A stretch of 63,698 bases of DNA, filler included, from Limisphaerales bacterium (GTDB taxonomy: Bacteria; Verrucomicrobiota; Verrucomicrobiia; Limisphaerales; SIBE01): NCBI GenBank assembly GCA_044225505.1. It is 4 parts of 4 records of this genome, joined end to end, with 100 filler letters (N's around TTAATTAATTAA, not from the genome) between each part and the next. Parts side by side here need not be neighbours in the genome. Positions count along the whole stretch, not along the records: positions 16,669 to 33,171 come from JBGAIN010000177.1; positions 33,272 to 49,916 come from JBGAIN010000178.1; 2 more parts are not named here. One strand, written 5' to 3'. A model generated the notes under the pieces. The model did not search any database. It was given only the letters and a program-made list of their open reading frames with translations, and was not told the DNA's origin. A program made the position numbers and the translations under genes. Below, piece by piece: positions 30,565 through 40,411 of this stretch (position 1 is its first letter; each line of letters starts with the position of its first letter).

Positions 30565-33171
30565 ATGAAGAATCCTCTATTCGTTACGGCCGCTGTGGCC
30601 GTCCTGTGCAGTGCTTCTGCACTCGCCGAGAAGCTTCCGGGCGCTCCGGAAGACAATGGGCTAAACCCAAAATCCGAGACGATCTATGTCAACCGACAAA
30701 CAGCGGATCTCCCGGGAATCAACACCCACAAGACGGAAAGTCTGGGCGTTGCCATTGCCAATGGCGGTAACGTCATCCTTGGATGGGAAGATGACGGGAG
30801 TGACTTAGAAGATGCCGAGGCCGTCTGGACGATGTATGACTCTGGCGGTGCATGGATCACCCCGGCGACAGCTCAGACCACCTTACAAGTTCCAGGTGCG
30901 AGCATCACAAATAAGTTCCTCTCGTACTTCCGGAAAGATGGCAGCGCCTTACCGGGCGCCACATCGTGGGGCCCAAAAATTCACGCCAATGCGTTCGGAG
31001 ATGGAGTGGGAATGGGCGCGACATCGTTTTTGCTGGGCGAAGAGGTCCTGGAGTTTGCTGGCTACGATGACCAGAACAAAGGGGACTTCCCGTCCGTGCA
31101 GTTGCTGTCCAACGACGGCAAGCCTCTGCGAATTGTTGCGGGAGTCAGTGAGGCTTACGCAACCCGGGATGAAGGAAGCATCCGCATCGGCGACTGGGAA
31201 TATCTCTCAGATGGAAACGTCGTCGTTGTCGGGGAAAGTCGGCAAAAGCCGGACTTGTCGAGCATCTACGGCGGGACGGCAGATGAGAATCATGTGATCT
31301 TCCACATTCTCTCGCCAAGTAACACGGTTGTGAAGGCGGAGACCCTGGTTAGCGCCACGCCGACAAAGAGCGAAATGTGGCACGGAGCGGGTGTGGTGCA
31401 AGGCGGGTTTGCCGTGAGATTTGCCGGTGACACGGGCCTTGCTACCGTTCGGATGTTCGATAATAGCGGCAATCCCACGAGCACGAATATTGATTTGGCA
31501 ACCTTGACGGACCACCCGGAAGCTGGGTCCGGTGGACGTGGAGATAGCGCCGGGTTCCACGGCAATGGGAAAGATGCGTATGTCGCCGTCTCTGTGAGCG
31601 GGAGCGAGGTCTGGGTGACAGTATTGGGTAAGGACGGATCGGTGCGCTACTCCAAGACGGTCGCTGATGACATCACCCTGGCGAGCGCTGGGCGAGCCGA
31701 CGCGGCCATTGATCCCGATGGCAACGTCATCGTTGTGTTCGAAGGCAAACTCAGCTCGGAAGATCCGAGTTCCATCATGGGACGTCGTTTCGACGCAACT
31801 GGCAAAGCGGTCGGCGGAACCTTTTACGTGAGCGAAAAGGAAGTGCCTAAGAGCGTCACGGGGGCAGGCCAAGGGCCGCGAGTGGCATGGCGTAATGGAC
31901 AAGTTGCGGTGGTGTGGGAAAGCAACAATGACTCAGAAACGACGAGTGCGGACGATGGGCAACCGAAGAGCGTGGTGGCTCTGCGACTGTTCTCCACGTT
32001 CAATCCCGGCACCCTCGAGTCCGTTGGTCTGAAGCGCATCGTGGCCGACACGCCGATTATCAAACCGACGGCGGACGCCCTCGGGAATTGGGAACCGTAC
32101 GCCAGTGTTTTGGGTAACAGTGTCTTCTTGATTGAAGGGAATACCTTTGCGGATGGCAGCACTGATAACCAACGCTATGTGGTGGCGCTGCAACCGGTCG
32201 ACGGCGGCGCAATGAAACAAGTGGAAGGATTTTACGCAGACAACGGCCAGCCTTTTAAAGGCCAGATCAATCTGTCGCGGCAAAATGGGAATCCCGGCCG
32301 AGTTGCGGGCGATACGCGGCCAGGCGCGGTCAATTATATGGTCGGTGGTGAAGCTTCGCCTCACGCTGTTACGGAGTTTGGCTCTGACAATCGCTGGAAA
32401 CTCGGATTTGACCGATTGGCGGACGGTCGCTACGGAACGATTCAAACTTACCGTCTCGATACTCAAACGCTTACCCCAACACCGCTCACCAAGGCCGTCG
32501 ATTCGGCCAATGGGCGTCTAACTTCGGGCGACCCTCAGGGAAATAATCAGATCAGCCGGTACGGAGGCGATATTGTCGGGCTGGACAATGGCAACTTCGC
32601 GTCGGTCGTGGAAGATCGCTCCAAGGTGCGGAATCCCGATGGAAATGCGGTGGTTGCAACGATCTTCGCGCCGGACGGAACTGTCGTCACAGACAGCTTC
32701 CTGGTCGCACCCGCGGCGGACGCCGAGGCCCGGGATGTGGACATCTGGGCCAATGTCGCCCCGTTCAAGGGCGGTTTTGCGGTGCGGACAAAGACAGCGG
32801 ACGGGAAAAGCCGCGCGATCTACTTCTTTGACAATCAAGGCACGCTCAAAGGAAAGGCTGATCAAGCGGATTCCGGAGCTAGCTTTGATACCGGACGCGG
32901 TGACGGCACGCGGCTGTTCGGCCACATCAACAGTCCTTACGTTTACTTGACCGGTAAATCAACCACGAGTCCGCTGGTTAAAGTTGCCGTGTTCGATTCG
33001 CGAGATCAAAAATTCGTCACGATCGCGGATGTCAGTGAAGGTGGGTTTAGTGGAGATTTTGATCGAGCGTCGGGCGCGGTCGATGCACTGGACCGTTTGG
33101 TTATCTCCTGGGTGGTTAAGCCCGCGGGATACACTCAGCAACAAGTAGCGGCTCGGGTCCTCAGCTTGGAT
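30565..33171 (+). CDS. Large secreted protein with an internal duplication of about 400 aa, 3'-partial
   Basis: Signal peptide MKNPLFVTAAVAVLCSASALA; two homologous halves; open to the contig end. Confidence 0.8.
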
Positions 33172-33271
33172 NNNNNNNNNNNNNNNNNNNNNNNNNNNNN
33201 NNNNNNNNNNNNNNNTTAATTAATTAANNNNNNNNNNNNNNNNNNNNNNNNNNNNNNNNNNNNNNNNNNNN
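33172..33271. other. Artificial contig linker
   Basis: N44-TTAATTAATTAA-N44. Confidence 0.98.
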
Positions 33272-33886
33272 CTTGGAGTGGATCAGGTCTTCTATACCGC
33301 CAGCCGAGAAGAACGTGCGCAGATCGCAGAATACTACCTTAGCATTGTGGGGTTGACGGAATCGCTTCACAAGAAGCCGGCGGAACTATCCCAAGGCATG
33401 CGGCAGCGTGTGGGAATCGCGCGGGCTTTTGCGCTCTCCCCAAAGATGCTCCTGTTGGACGAGCCATTCGGCATGCTGGACTCTCTGACTCGCATGGAGC
33501 TTCAGGAGGTGTTGCTCCAACTCTGGCGTCGCGACCGTAAGACGGCTCTGATGGTCACCCATGATGTCGACGAGGCCCTCTTCCTTTCGGATCGCATCGT
33601 TCTCATGACGAATGGACCCGCGGCCCGAGTCGGAGACATTCTGCAAGTGCCATTCCCGCGACCCCGCGTTCGCCAAGCTGTTTTGGAACATCCTGAGTAC
33701 TACCAGCTCCGGGAACGGCTGATCGAATTCCTCGACGCGCAAACTCATCGCAAACCGTCGGCATCCAAAAGCTCATGCCAGTCTTCGTTCCCCGAGGCCA
33801 GAGCCGATGGCTCCCTGCAGAATTCGTCGTTTGAACCTCACCGAAACCAATTCCAGAAAATATCCCCATCGACCGTGTTGAAATGA
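33272..33886 (+). CDS. Nitrate/nitrite ABC transporter ATP-binding subunit (NrtC/D-like), 5'-partial
   Basis: [44 protein letters not shown] and [10 protein letters not shown]. Confidence 0.88.
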   Translation, partial: LGVDQVFYTASREERAQIAEYYLSIVGLTESLHKKPAELSQGMRQRVGIARAFALSPKMLLLDEPFGMLDSLTRMELQEVLLQLWRRDRKTALMVTHDVDEALFLSDRIVLMTNGPAARVGDILQVPFPRPRVRQAVLEHPEYYQLRERLIEFLDAQTHRKPSASKSSCQSSFPEARADGSLQNSSFEPHRNQFQKISPSTVLK

Positions 33887-35397
33887 AGTCCACTCCTCTC
33901 ACCCGTTTGGCGAGTGTCTTAACACTGGCCGCTCCTCTTGGCACGTTCGCGCAATACGCTCCGCCGCCTCCCCCGGCGCCGTTCGTTGGATTCGTCAACG
34001 AGGCGTTGCGCAAAAACGATCCGTATATGAATCAATGGGACATCGGCGGGACCGCGCGAGTTCGATACGAAGTCCGAGAAGGATTTGGCATTCCAGGCGT
34101 GCCCGGATCGATCGATTTTCGAGACCATGGCGCAGACGTCCACAACAACTACTTGATGGAGCGTATTCGCTATCGCCTCGGGTATACGGATAAATGGTGG
34201 AGCGCCTTCGTCGAAGGGCGAAGCAGCCTCGAACAAAGCGACGATCGATATGCGTACGCGAACAATCCTGCCGTTCCCGGCACTCGCCCTGCCCGGGGGC
34301 GCGGTCCGGAATCGGACACGGTCGAATTGCACCAGGCTTACCTCACGTTAGGCAATCATAAGGAGTTTCCTGTTTCGTTGAAACTTGGCCGCCAAGAGCT
34401 CTCCTACGGCGAGGAACGGCTTGTCGGTGCATTTGGTTGGAACAATATCGGCCGCGTCTTTGACGCTGCCAAAGTCCGCTGGCAGAACGCATGGTTTGGC
34501 GCCGATTTCTTTACCGGACGGGTCGTGATCCCTGAGGACGGTCGGTTCAATGTCGATAATGACTATGATTGGTTTTCCGGGATGTATGCGACCAGCACAG
34601 CAATTCCGAAACACCTCTTGGATGTCTATTTCTTCTCTCGCAATTCAAGCCCCGACGCCGTGGCGGCCGAACCGAGTCCTCAGTTCCCTCAGCCCAGCGC
34701 CAGGGACATCTATACGATCGGCTTCCGCTTCAAATCGAAGCCGGGTGATTTAGGTCCGTGGGACTACTTGATCGATTCGGCTTTTCAGACGGGCAACTAT
34801 CAAGATCGGCGTCTGCCGGCGGGTTCAGGTCGGCTGGACCACGAAGCCTACATGGTAGTAGTTCAGGGCGGCTACACGTTTACCGACACGTGGGCCGCCC
34901 CGCGCCTCGGTCTCGAGTATGCGCATGGATCTGGAGACAGTAACCCGCTCGATGGGAAACATGAAACTTTCGAGAATCTCTTCCCAACGAACCACAAGTT
35001 CTATGGCTACATGGATTTTCTCTCGATCCAGAATCTCCATAATGTCCGTGGCATCTTCCAGCTGAAGCCGACACCGCGCCTGAGCCTCGCGCTTGAAGGT
35101 CACGGATTCTGGTTAGCAGACACGCACGACAATCTTTACACCGCTGCTGGCACACCACGAGGTGGCTTGGCGGCGACCCCGACTGGGAATGGCTACGGCG
35201 TCAATCCCAGCTACAGCAGCTTTGTTGGATCCGAATTGGATGTCATTGCCGGTTATGCACTGACGCGATGGGCTCAAGTGGAAGTCGGATACGGCCACTT
35301 CTTCGCTGGATCTTACATTGAGCAAAGTCTCTCCGCACCTGCATTTGGTTCAAGGGATGCCGACTTTGTTTATGTCCAGGCGGGCTTCAGCTTCTAA
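33883..35397 (+). CDS. Alginate-export (AlgE-like) outer-membrane porin
   Basis: Signal peptide; [22 protein letters not shown] and [17 protein letters not shown]-terminal Phe; ATGA overlap with the upstream gene. Confidence 0.85.
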   Translation: MKSTPLTRLASVLTLAAPLGTFAQYAPPPPPAPFVGFVNEALRKNDPYMNQWDIGGTARVRYEVREGFGIPGVPGSIDFRDHGADVHNNYLMERIRYRLGYTDKWWSAFVEGRSSLEQSDDRYAYANNPAVPGTRPARGRGPESDTVELHQAYLTLGNHKEFPVSLKLGRQELSYGEERLVGAFGWNNIGRVFDAAKVRWQNAWFGADFFTGRVVIPEDGRFNVDNDYDWFSGMYATSTAIPKHLLDVYFFSRNSSPDAVAAEPSPQFPQPSARDIYTIGFRFKSKPGDLGPWDYLIDSAFQTGNYQDRRLPAGSGRLDHEAYMVVVQGGYTFTDTWAAPRLGLEYAHGSGDSNPLDGKHETFENLFPTNHKFYGYMDFLSIQNLHNVRGIFQLKPTPRLSLALEGHGFWLADTHDNLYTAAGTPRGGLAATPTGNGYGVNPSYSSFVGSELDVIAGYALTRWAQVEVGYGHFFAGSYIEQSLSAPAFGSRDADFVYVQAGFSF

Positions 35398-35405
35398 GAG
35401 AATCC

Positions 35406-37199
35406 ATGCTAGAGGCACCGACCATTCCTGAAAGCGCACCCTTTAGCCACGAGCAGCGTCTCTGGTTGAATGGGTTCCTCGCCGGATACTTTGCTCGCAA
35501 ACCGTCCCCACAAACAACGCCTGAGCGCACAAGTCCCTCCACGGTTGGGAAACCTCTGAGAATCTGCTATGGCAGCCAAACCGGGACAGCTCAGGCCTTG
35601 GCGAATCGGTTTGCGGCCTATGCTACCAAACGTGGTTTCAATGCTCAGGTGACCGACCTCGCGGACTATTCCAAGCTCCAATGGACAAGCGAGTCTAACG
35701 TTTGCCTCGTGACCAGTACCTACGGCGAGGGAGAGATGCCCGATAACGCTCAAGCCTTCTGGAATTGGCTCGGGAGCGATAACATCGGTTCTTGTCAGCA
35801 CTTGCGTTTCTCGGTGCTGGCGTTGGGCGATCGGAACTATGCTGAGTTCTGCGCTGCGGGAAAAAAGCTCGATCTCCGGCTGGAAGAACTCGGAGCGCAT
35901 CGAATCTTTCCTCGCAGCGATTGTGACGTGGATTATGAAGCGGTTGCGCAGGTGTGGATGGAGGGCGTGCTATGCGCGTTCTCTGGGCAGACGACGCCTT
36001 CCCCTGGAGAGGCATCGCAACCGCCCTTGGTTTCGCTGGCAGCGAAAGTCAACTCGGACAATCCAATTCTGGCGAAGGAGAATCACGGGAAAACAAACCC
36101 GTTCCGTGCCCCGCTCCTGAAGAATCTGCGTTTAACTCGGCCGGGCTCGGCCAAAGAAGTTCGCCATTACGAGTTAAGCCTGAACGGCAGTGGACTGGTT
36201 TACGAGGCCGGCGATGCCCTGGGTGTTGTGCCGACGAATTGCCCTGGGCTGGTCGACGAGCTTCTTGCTTTCTTAAACTGGCGCGGTGACGAAGTCGTTT
36301 GTATCGGTGAAAACCAAGTGCCCGTTCGCGAGGCATTTCTCCGCCTACTGGATATCACCAAAGCGTCGCCGGATCTGCTGGCGGCGGTGGCGCTGAAGGC
36401 TCCCTCAAGCGTGTTGCCCGGCTTGCTCGACCCGGGAAAGCGAGACCAGTTGAAGCAATGGCTATGGGGTAAGGGTGTCATTGACGTTTTGCAGTTGCTC
36501 AACCAGCCAATGGCGCCTCAGGAATTGGTAAAACTTCTGAAGCGGTTAAGCCCGCGCCTCTATAGCATCGCTTCGAGCCCCAAAGCCCACCCGAACGAAG
36601 TTCATCTGACGGTGAATACGGTTCGTTACGAAAGCGCTGGTCGACAGCGGAAAGGGGTCGCCTCCACCTTTCTCGCAGATCGCGTCGGAGACCAGGAACA
36701 TGTGAAGGTTTTTGTGCAACCTTCCCACGGCTTTAGACCACCACCGAATAGTGATGTGTCCATGATCATGGTCGGGCCCGGGACTGGAATTGCCCCGTTT
36801 CGCGCCTTCTTGGAGGAACGCGAAGCGGTTGGTGCCAAAGGCCGGCACTGGCTTTTCTTCGGGGATCAAAAACGTGAGACAGACTTTCTCTACGAAGAAC
36901 AACTGAACGGTTGGTGCCGAAGCGGCCATCTTTGTCATTTGGATGTCGCTTTCTCTCGCGACCAGGCGGAGAAAGTTTACGTCCAACATCGAATGCTGGA
37001 TCGTGCCAAGGAAATCTGGTCGTGGCTGCAGGACGGTGCGTTCTTCTACGTATGTGGGGATGCCTCTCGTATGGCGAAGGATGTCGATGGGGCATTGCAC
37101 CAAATTGCCTCTTCGGCTGGAGGCTTGAGTGAGGATGACGCCAAGAGTTGGGTCGCGACACTTCGTGACCAGAAACGCTACCGCCGCGATGTTTACTGA
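35406..37199 (+). CDS. CysJ-like diflavin NADPH flavoprotein
   Basis: Flavodoxin YGSQTGTA and TSTYGEGE; FAD-binding PRLYSIASS; NADPH-binding GPGTGIAPFR; ends RYRRDVY. Confidence 0.92.
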   Translation: MLEAPTIPESAPFSHEQRLWLNGFLAGYFARKPSPQTTPERTSPSTVGKPLRICYGSQTGTAQALANRFAAYATKRGFNAQVTDLADYSKLQWTSESNVCLVTSTYGEGEMPDNAQAFWNWLGSDNIGSCQHLRFSVLALGDRNYAEFCAAGKKLDLRLEELGAHRIFPRSDCDVDYEAVAQVWMEGVLCAFSGQTTPSPGEASQPPLVSLAAKVNSDNPILAKENHGKTNPFRAPLLKNLRLTRPGSAKEVRHYELSLNGSGLVYEAGDALGVVPTNCPGLVDELLAFLNWRGDEVVCIGENQVPVREAFLRLLDITKASPDLLAAVALKAPSSVLPGLLDPGKRDQLKQWLWGKGVIDVLQLLNQPMAPQELVKLLKRLSPRLYSIASSPKAHPNEVHLTVNTVRYESAGRQRKGVASTFLADRVGDQEHVKVFVQPSHGFRPPPNSDVSMIMVGPGTGIAPFRAFLEEREAVGAKGRHWLFFGDQKRETDFLYEEQLNGWCRSGHLCHLDVAFSRDQAEKVYVQHRMLDRAKEIWSWLQDGAFFYVCGDASRMAKDVDGALHQIASSAGGLSEDDAKSWVATLRDQKRYRRDVY

Positions 37200-37208
37200 T
37201 TCGAAGAC

Positions 37209-38924
37209 ATGAGCCCACCGACCCTCGTCGTCACCGAGATTAACGGAGCGCCGCTGACGAGCGATCAGCGTGAATACCTGACGGGATACTTTGCCGGACT
37301 TGAGGCCCAAGGCTTGCGCTTCGCCGACGTCGAACCAGCTCCGAAAACCGCAGGGAGTCCAGGGGCAGAAGACATTATCTTTGAAGAGCGAATCAAACGG
37401 GAACTGCACCCGCTGGATTCGTTCCCGCAACTGATCGAGAACGCTCAATTCGACAAGGCCCCGGATAAAGAAGATCTGTTTCGATTCAAATGGCACGGGC
37501 TGTTCTTTCTCGCACCAGCCAAAGAAGCGTTCATGGCGCGCTTGCGGATTCCGGGCGGCCAACTGAAAAGTTTTCAGCTTCGAGAACTCGCGGCCGTCGC
37601 CGGCGAATTGACGAGTGGTTACGTCCAAATCACGACGCGAGCAAATCTGCAAATGCGACTCATCCAGCCGAAGGATGCACCGGAGGTGCTGCGTCGAATT
37701 CAAGGAGTGGGGCTGCATACCCGCGGCGCGGGCGCTGACAATGTGAGAAACTTGACGGCGAATCCAACGGCCGGGATTGACCCTCAGGAAGTCATTGACG
37801 TGATGCCGTTCTGCCAAGAACTCGCGCAAATCATCCTGCACAATCGAAGTTTCTACGATTTGCCCAGGAAATTTAATATCGCCTACGACGGCGGCGGGCT
37901 CATTGGGACGGTCGAAGACACGAACGACATTGGCGTAAAGGCTTTCCGCGACGGCGTCGAAATCTACTTTCGAATAGCAGTTGGCGGGGCGACAGGACAC
38001 AAGGCGTTCGCCCGAGATTTAGGGGTAATGGTGAAACCCGCTGAACTCAATCGGGTCATCACCGCGATGCTGCAGGTCTATGTCAGCCATGGCAATCGCG
38101 GCGATCGAAAGCGGGCCAGGTTAAAGCACCTGTTGGACCATTGGTCCCTCGACCGTTACTTGAGAGAAACAGAGAAACTGTTGGGGTATTCATTAAAACG
38201 CGCGCCTGCCTCTCCCGATGCAGGAGGGCCATCCGGTTCGCCGTCGACTCATACTCATCTGGGTGTTTATCCGCAGAAACAAAAAGGCCTGAATTACATT
38301 GGGGTCTCTGTTCCGGTCGGGGTGATTACACCGAAGCAAATGCGGCGCGTTGCAGAAATCGCCGAGCTCTACGGCTCAGGCGAGATCCGCCTCACGGTGT
38401 GGCAGAATTTAATTCTGCCTAACATCGCGGACGCATACGTCGAAACAACGAAGAAGGCGCTGCGAAAATTGGGCTTTCCGACAGAAGTTTCGCCGATCCG
38501 CGGCGGAATGGTGGCGTGCACCGGCAATAGCTATTGCAAGTTCGCTCAAGCGAATACCAAGGGCGTGGCCATGTCTCTCGCAAGCTATCTGGAAAAGAAG
38601 ATCACGCTCGATCAACCGATCAATATTCACGTGACCGGCTGTCCGAATTCATGTGCCCAACATTACATGGGAGACATCGGGCTACTGGCGACCAAAGTCC
38701 GCGGTGGGGAAGGTTATCATGTCTTCGTGGGCGGCGGTTTCGGCAATCGACAAGCGGTCGGTCGCCAGGTCTTCACTGGAATTTCCGTCGGGGAATTGCC
38801 GGTGACGTTGGAGCGTATGCTCGAGGGGTATCTTCGCCGAAGGCAAAGTGGCGAATCATTCCAGCACTTTACGCTGCGGCACGACCTGAACAGGCTTCAG
38901 GCAATCTTCTCAAACGGGGAATGA
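37209..38924 (+). CDS. nirA: Siroheme nitrite reductase (NirA family)
   Basis: FRFKWHGLF, MARLRIPGG, TTRANLQ, DLPRKFN, ACTGNSYC and TGCPNSC; nitrate-assimilation context. Confidence 0.85.
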   Translation: MSPPTLVVTEINGAPLTSDQREYLTGYFAGLEAQGLRFADVEPAPKTAGSPGAEDIIFEERIKRELHPLDSFPQLIENAQFDKAPDKEDLFRFKWHGLFFLAPAKEAFMARLRIPGGQLKSFQLRELAAVAGELTSGYVQITTRANLQMRLIQPKDAPEVLRRIQGVGLHTRGAGADNVRNLTANPTAGIDPQEVIDVMPFCQELAQIILHNRSFYDLPRKFNIAYDGGGLIGTVEDTNDIGVKAFRDGVEIYFRIAVGGATGHKAFARDLGVMVKPAELNRVITAMLQVYVSHGNRGDRKRARLKHLLDHWSLDRYLRETEKLLGYSLKRAPASPDAGGPSGSPSTHTHLGVYPQKQKGLNYIGVSVPVGVITPKQMRRVAEIAELYGSGEIRLTVWQNLILPNIADAYVETTKKALRKLGFPTEVSPIRGGMVACTGNSYCKFAQANTKGVAMSLASYLEKKITLDQPINIHVTGCPNSCAQHYMGDIGLLATKVRGGEGYHVFVGGGFGNRQAVGRQVFTGISVGELPVTLERMLEGYLRRRQSGESFQHFTLRHDLNRLQAIFSNGE

Positions 38925-40411
38925 TGTCAACGTCTGGATCCTCCGCACGGACACTGCTCGACACTCTGCTGGACGAGCAGGGCCAGTTAACAGCGGTGGA
39001 CGCGTTTGTTCGTGCGCACGCGCAGAGATCGGCGGTGGCTTCGGACGAGCGACACTATCGGGCGCTGCTGCCCTTAGCTAAGCCGGGGCCCGGGGAACAG
39101 TACGCCTTCTCCGTCGATCTGGATCGATGCACTGGGTGCAAGGCCTGCGTCAGCGCTTGCCATTCTCTCAACGGCTTGGACGATCACGAAGCGTGGCGGA
39201 CCACGGGACTATTACATGGCGGATCGACGGACGCTCCGTATCAACAGGTCATTACCAGCGCGTGTCACCATTGCGTGGAGCCGGCGTGCTTGAGCGGGTG
39301 CCCTGTCCTTGCTTATGAAAAGGATCCAGCGACTGGCATCGTTCGCCATCTAGACGATCAATGCATCGGCTGCCAATATTGTATTCTGAAGTGCCCGTAC
39401 GATGTGCCCCAGTACTCCTCTCGGCGGGGCATCGTTCGTAAATGCGATATGTGCCACAGCCGGATCGGCGAGGGAGAAGCGCCTGCATGTGCCCAGGCAT
39501 GTCCAAGCTCAGCGATCCAGATCCAAGTTGTTTCAGTTCCGACGGTTCAGCAGCAGGGCAGGGACTCGACGGCGCGGTTGTTACCGGGCGTCGCTCCTTC
39601 GAACTACACATTGCCCACCAGCGCTTACACCAGTCTTAAAGACCTCCCCTCCAATGCTACCCCAGCCGATGCGCAACGACTTAGGCCCGAGCCTGCGCAT
39701 TGGCCGTTAGCGATCAGTGTTTTGCACCTCGGGCGGCCAAGAGGGGCCTGGCGGGCCTTTTTAGGCTGGCGACGGTCCTGGATGAGTCGGGAGATAATAG
39801 CCTTTGGCGGATTTGCGATGTTCAATGCGTTGGCTACCCTCGGACAGTGGAGCGGGTGGCCAATGGCCTTGAACCGGATCCTCAATTTTTCTGCGACCGT
39901 CGCGGGTCTGCTTTCCGTGTTCTGTTCCGCTATGGTATATATCGATACTCGACGTTCGTTCTGGCAGTGGGCGAATCTGCGTTTCTTCGGAACCACGTTG
40001 CTCTTCGGTTCATCAGGCGCCGCGGCCGTCTCTACCTGGCTTCAGAATGACTCTCCCGCGGGAGTGGGCACCATACCATTGACGGCTGGGTTAGTCGCGA
40101 TCGCGGTCTGCATCGCATTCTTAATCTCGGAAGCTCTCGCATTCCGTTCTGCCTTGAAACGGAATCGTCATCCTAATCACGGCTCGGCGCGTTTAATGGC
40201 CAAGCAGTTTCCTCATCTGCTTTGGCTACGTGGATTTCTGATTGCTCTCTCGATGTTCTGCGAGGCGTTCGCTTTGGGTGCGACAGGCGGGGCGAGCTCA
40301 ATGCTGGCGGCAGTCGCTTTTGGGATGATTTTCGCGTCGCAGCTTGTTGAACGCTACTTATTCTTCGTGGCCGTCGTTGCTCCGCGCATGCCCGGAGGGG
40401 TCGCGGGATGA
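38921..40411 (+). CDS. Fused DmsB-like 4x[4Fe-4S] protein and DmsC-like membrane anchor
   Basis: [35 protein letters not shown] and CDMC...CAQAC, followed by LHLGRP...SWMSREI...ERYLFF. ATGA overlaps at both ends. Confidence 0.85.
   Translation: MMSTSGSSARTLLDTLLDEQGQLTAVDAFVRAHAQRSAVASDERHYRALLPLAKPGPGEQYAFSVDLDRCTGCKACVSACHSLNGLDDHEAWRTTGLLHGGSTDAPYQQVITSACHHCVEPACLSGCPVLAYEKDPATGIVRHLDDQCIGCQYCILKCPYDVPQYSSRRGIVRKCDMCHSRIGEGEAPACAQACPSSAIQIQVVSVPTVQQQGRDSTARLLPGVAPSNYTLPTSAYTSLKDLPSNATPADAQRLRPEPAHWPLAISVLHLGRPRGAWRAFLGWRRSWMSREIIAFGGFAMFNALATLGQWSGWPMALNRILNFSATVAGLLSVFCSAMVYIDTRRSFWQWANLRFFGTTLLFGSSGAAAVSTWLQNDSPAGVGTIPLTAGLVAIAVCIAFLISEALAFRSALKRNRHPNHGSARLMAKQFPHLLWLRGFLIALSMFCEAFALGATGGASSMLAAVAFGMIFASQLVERYLFFVAVVAPRMPGGVAG

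Noticed and set aside
38534..38920. N-terminal extension of the DmsBC ORF
   Set aside because: It overlaps nirA; the ATGA-coupled start at 38921 is more plausible.
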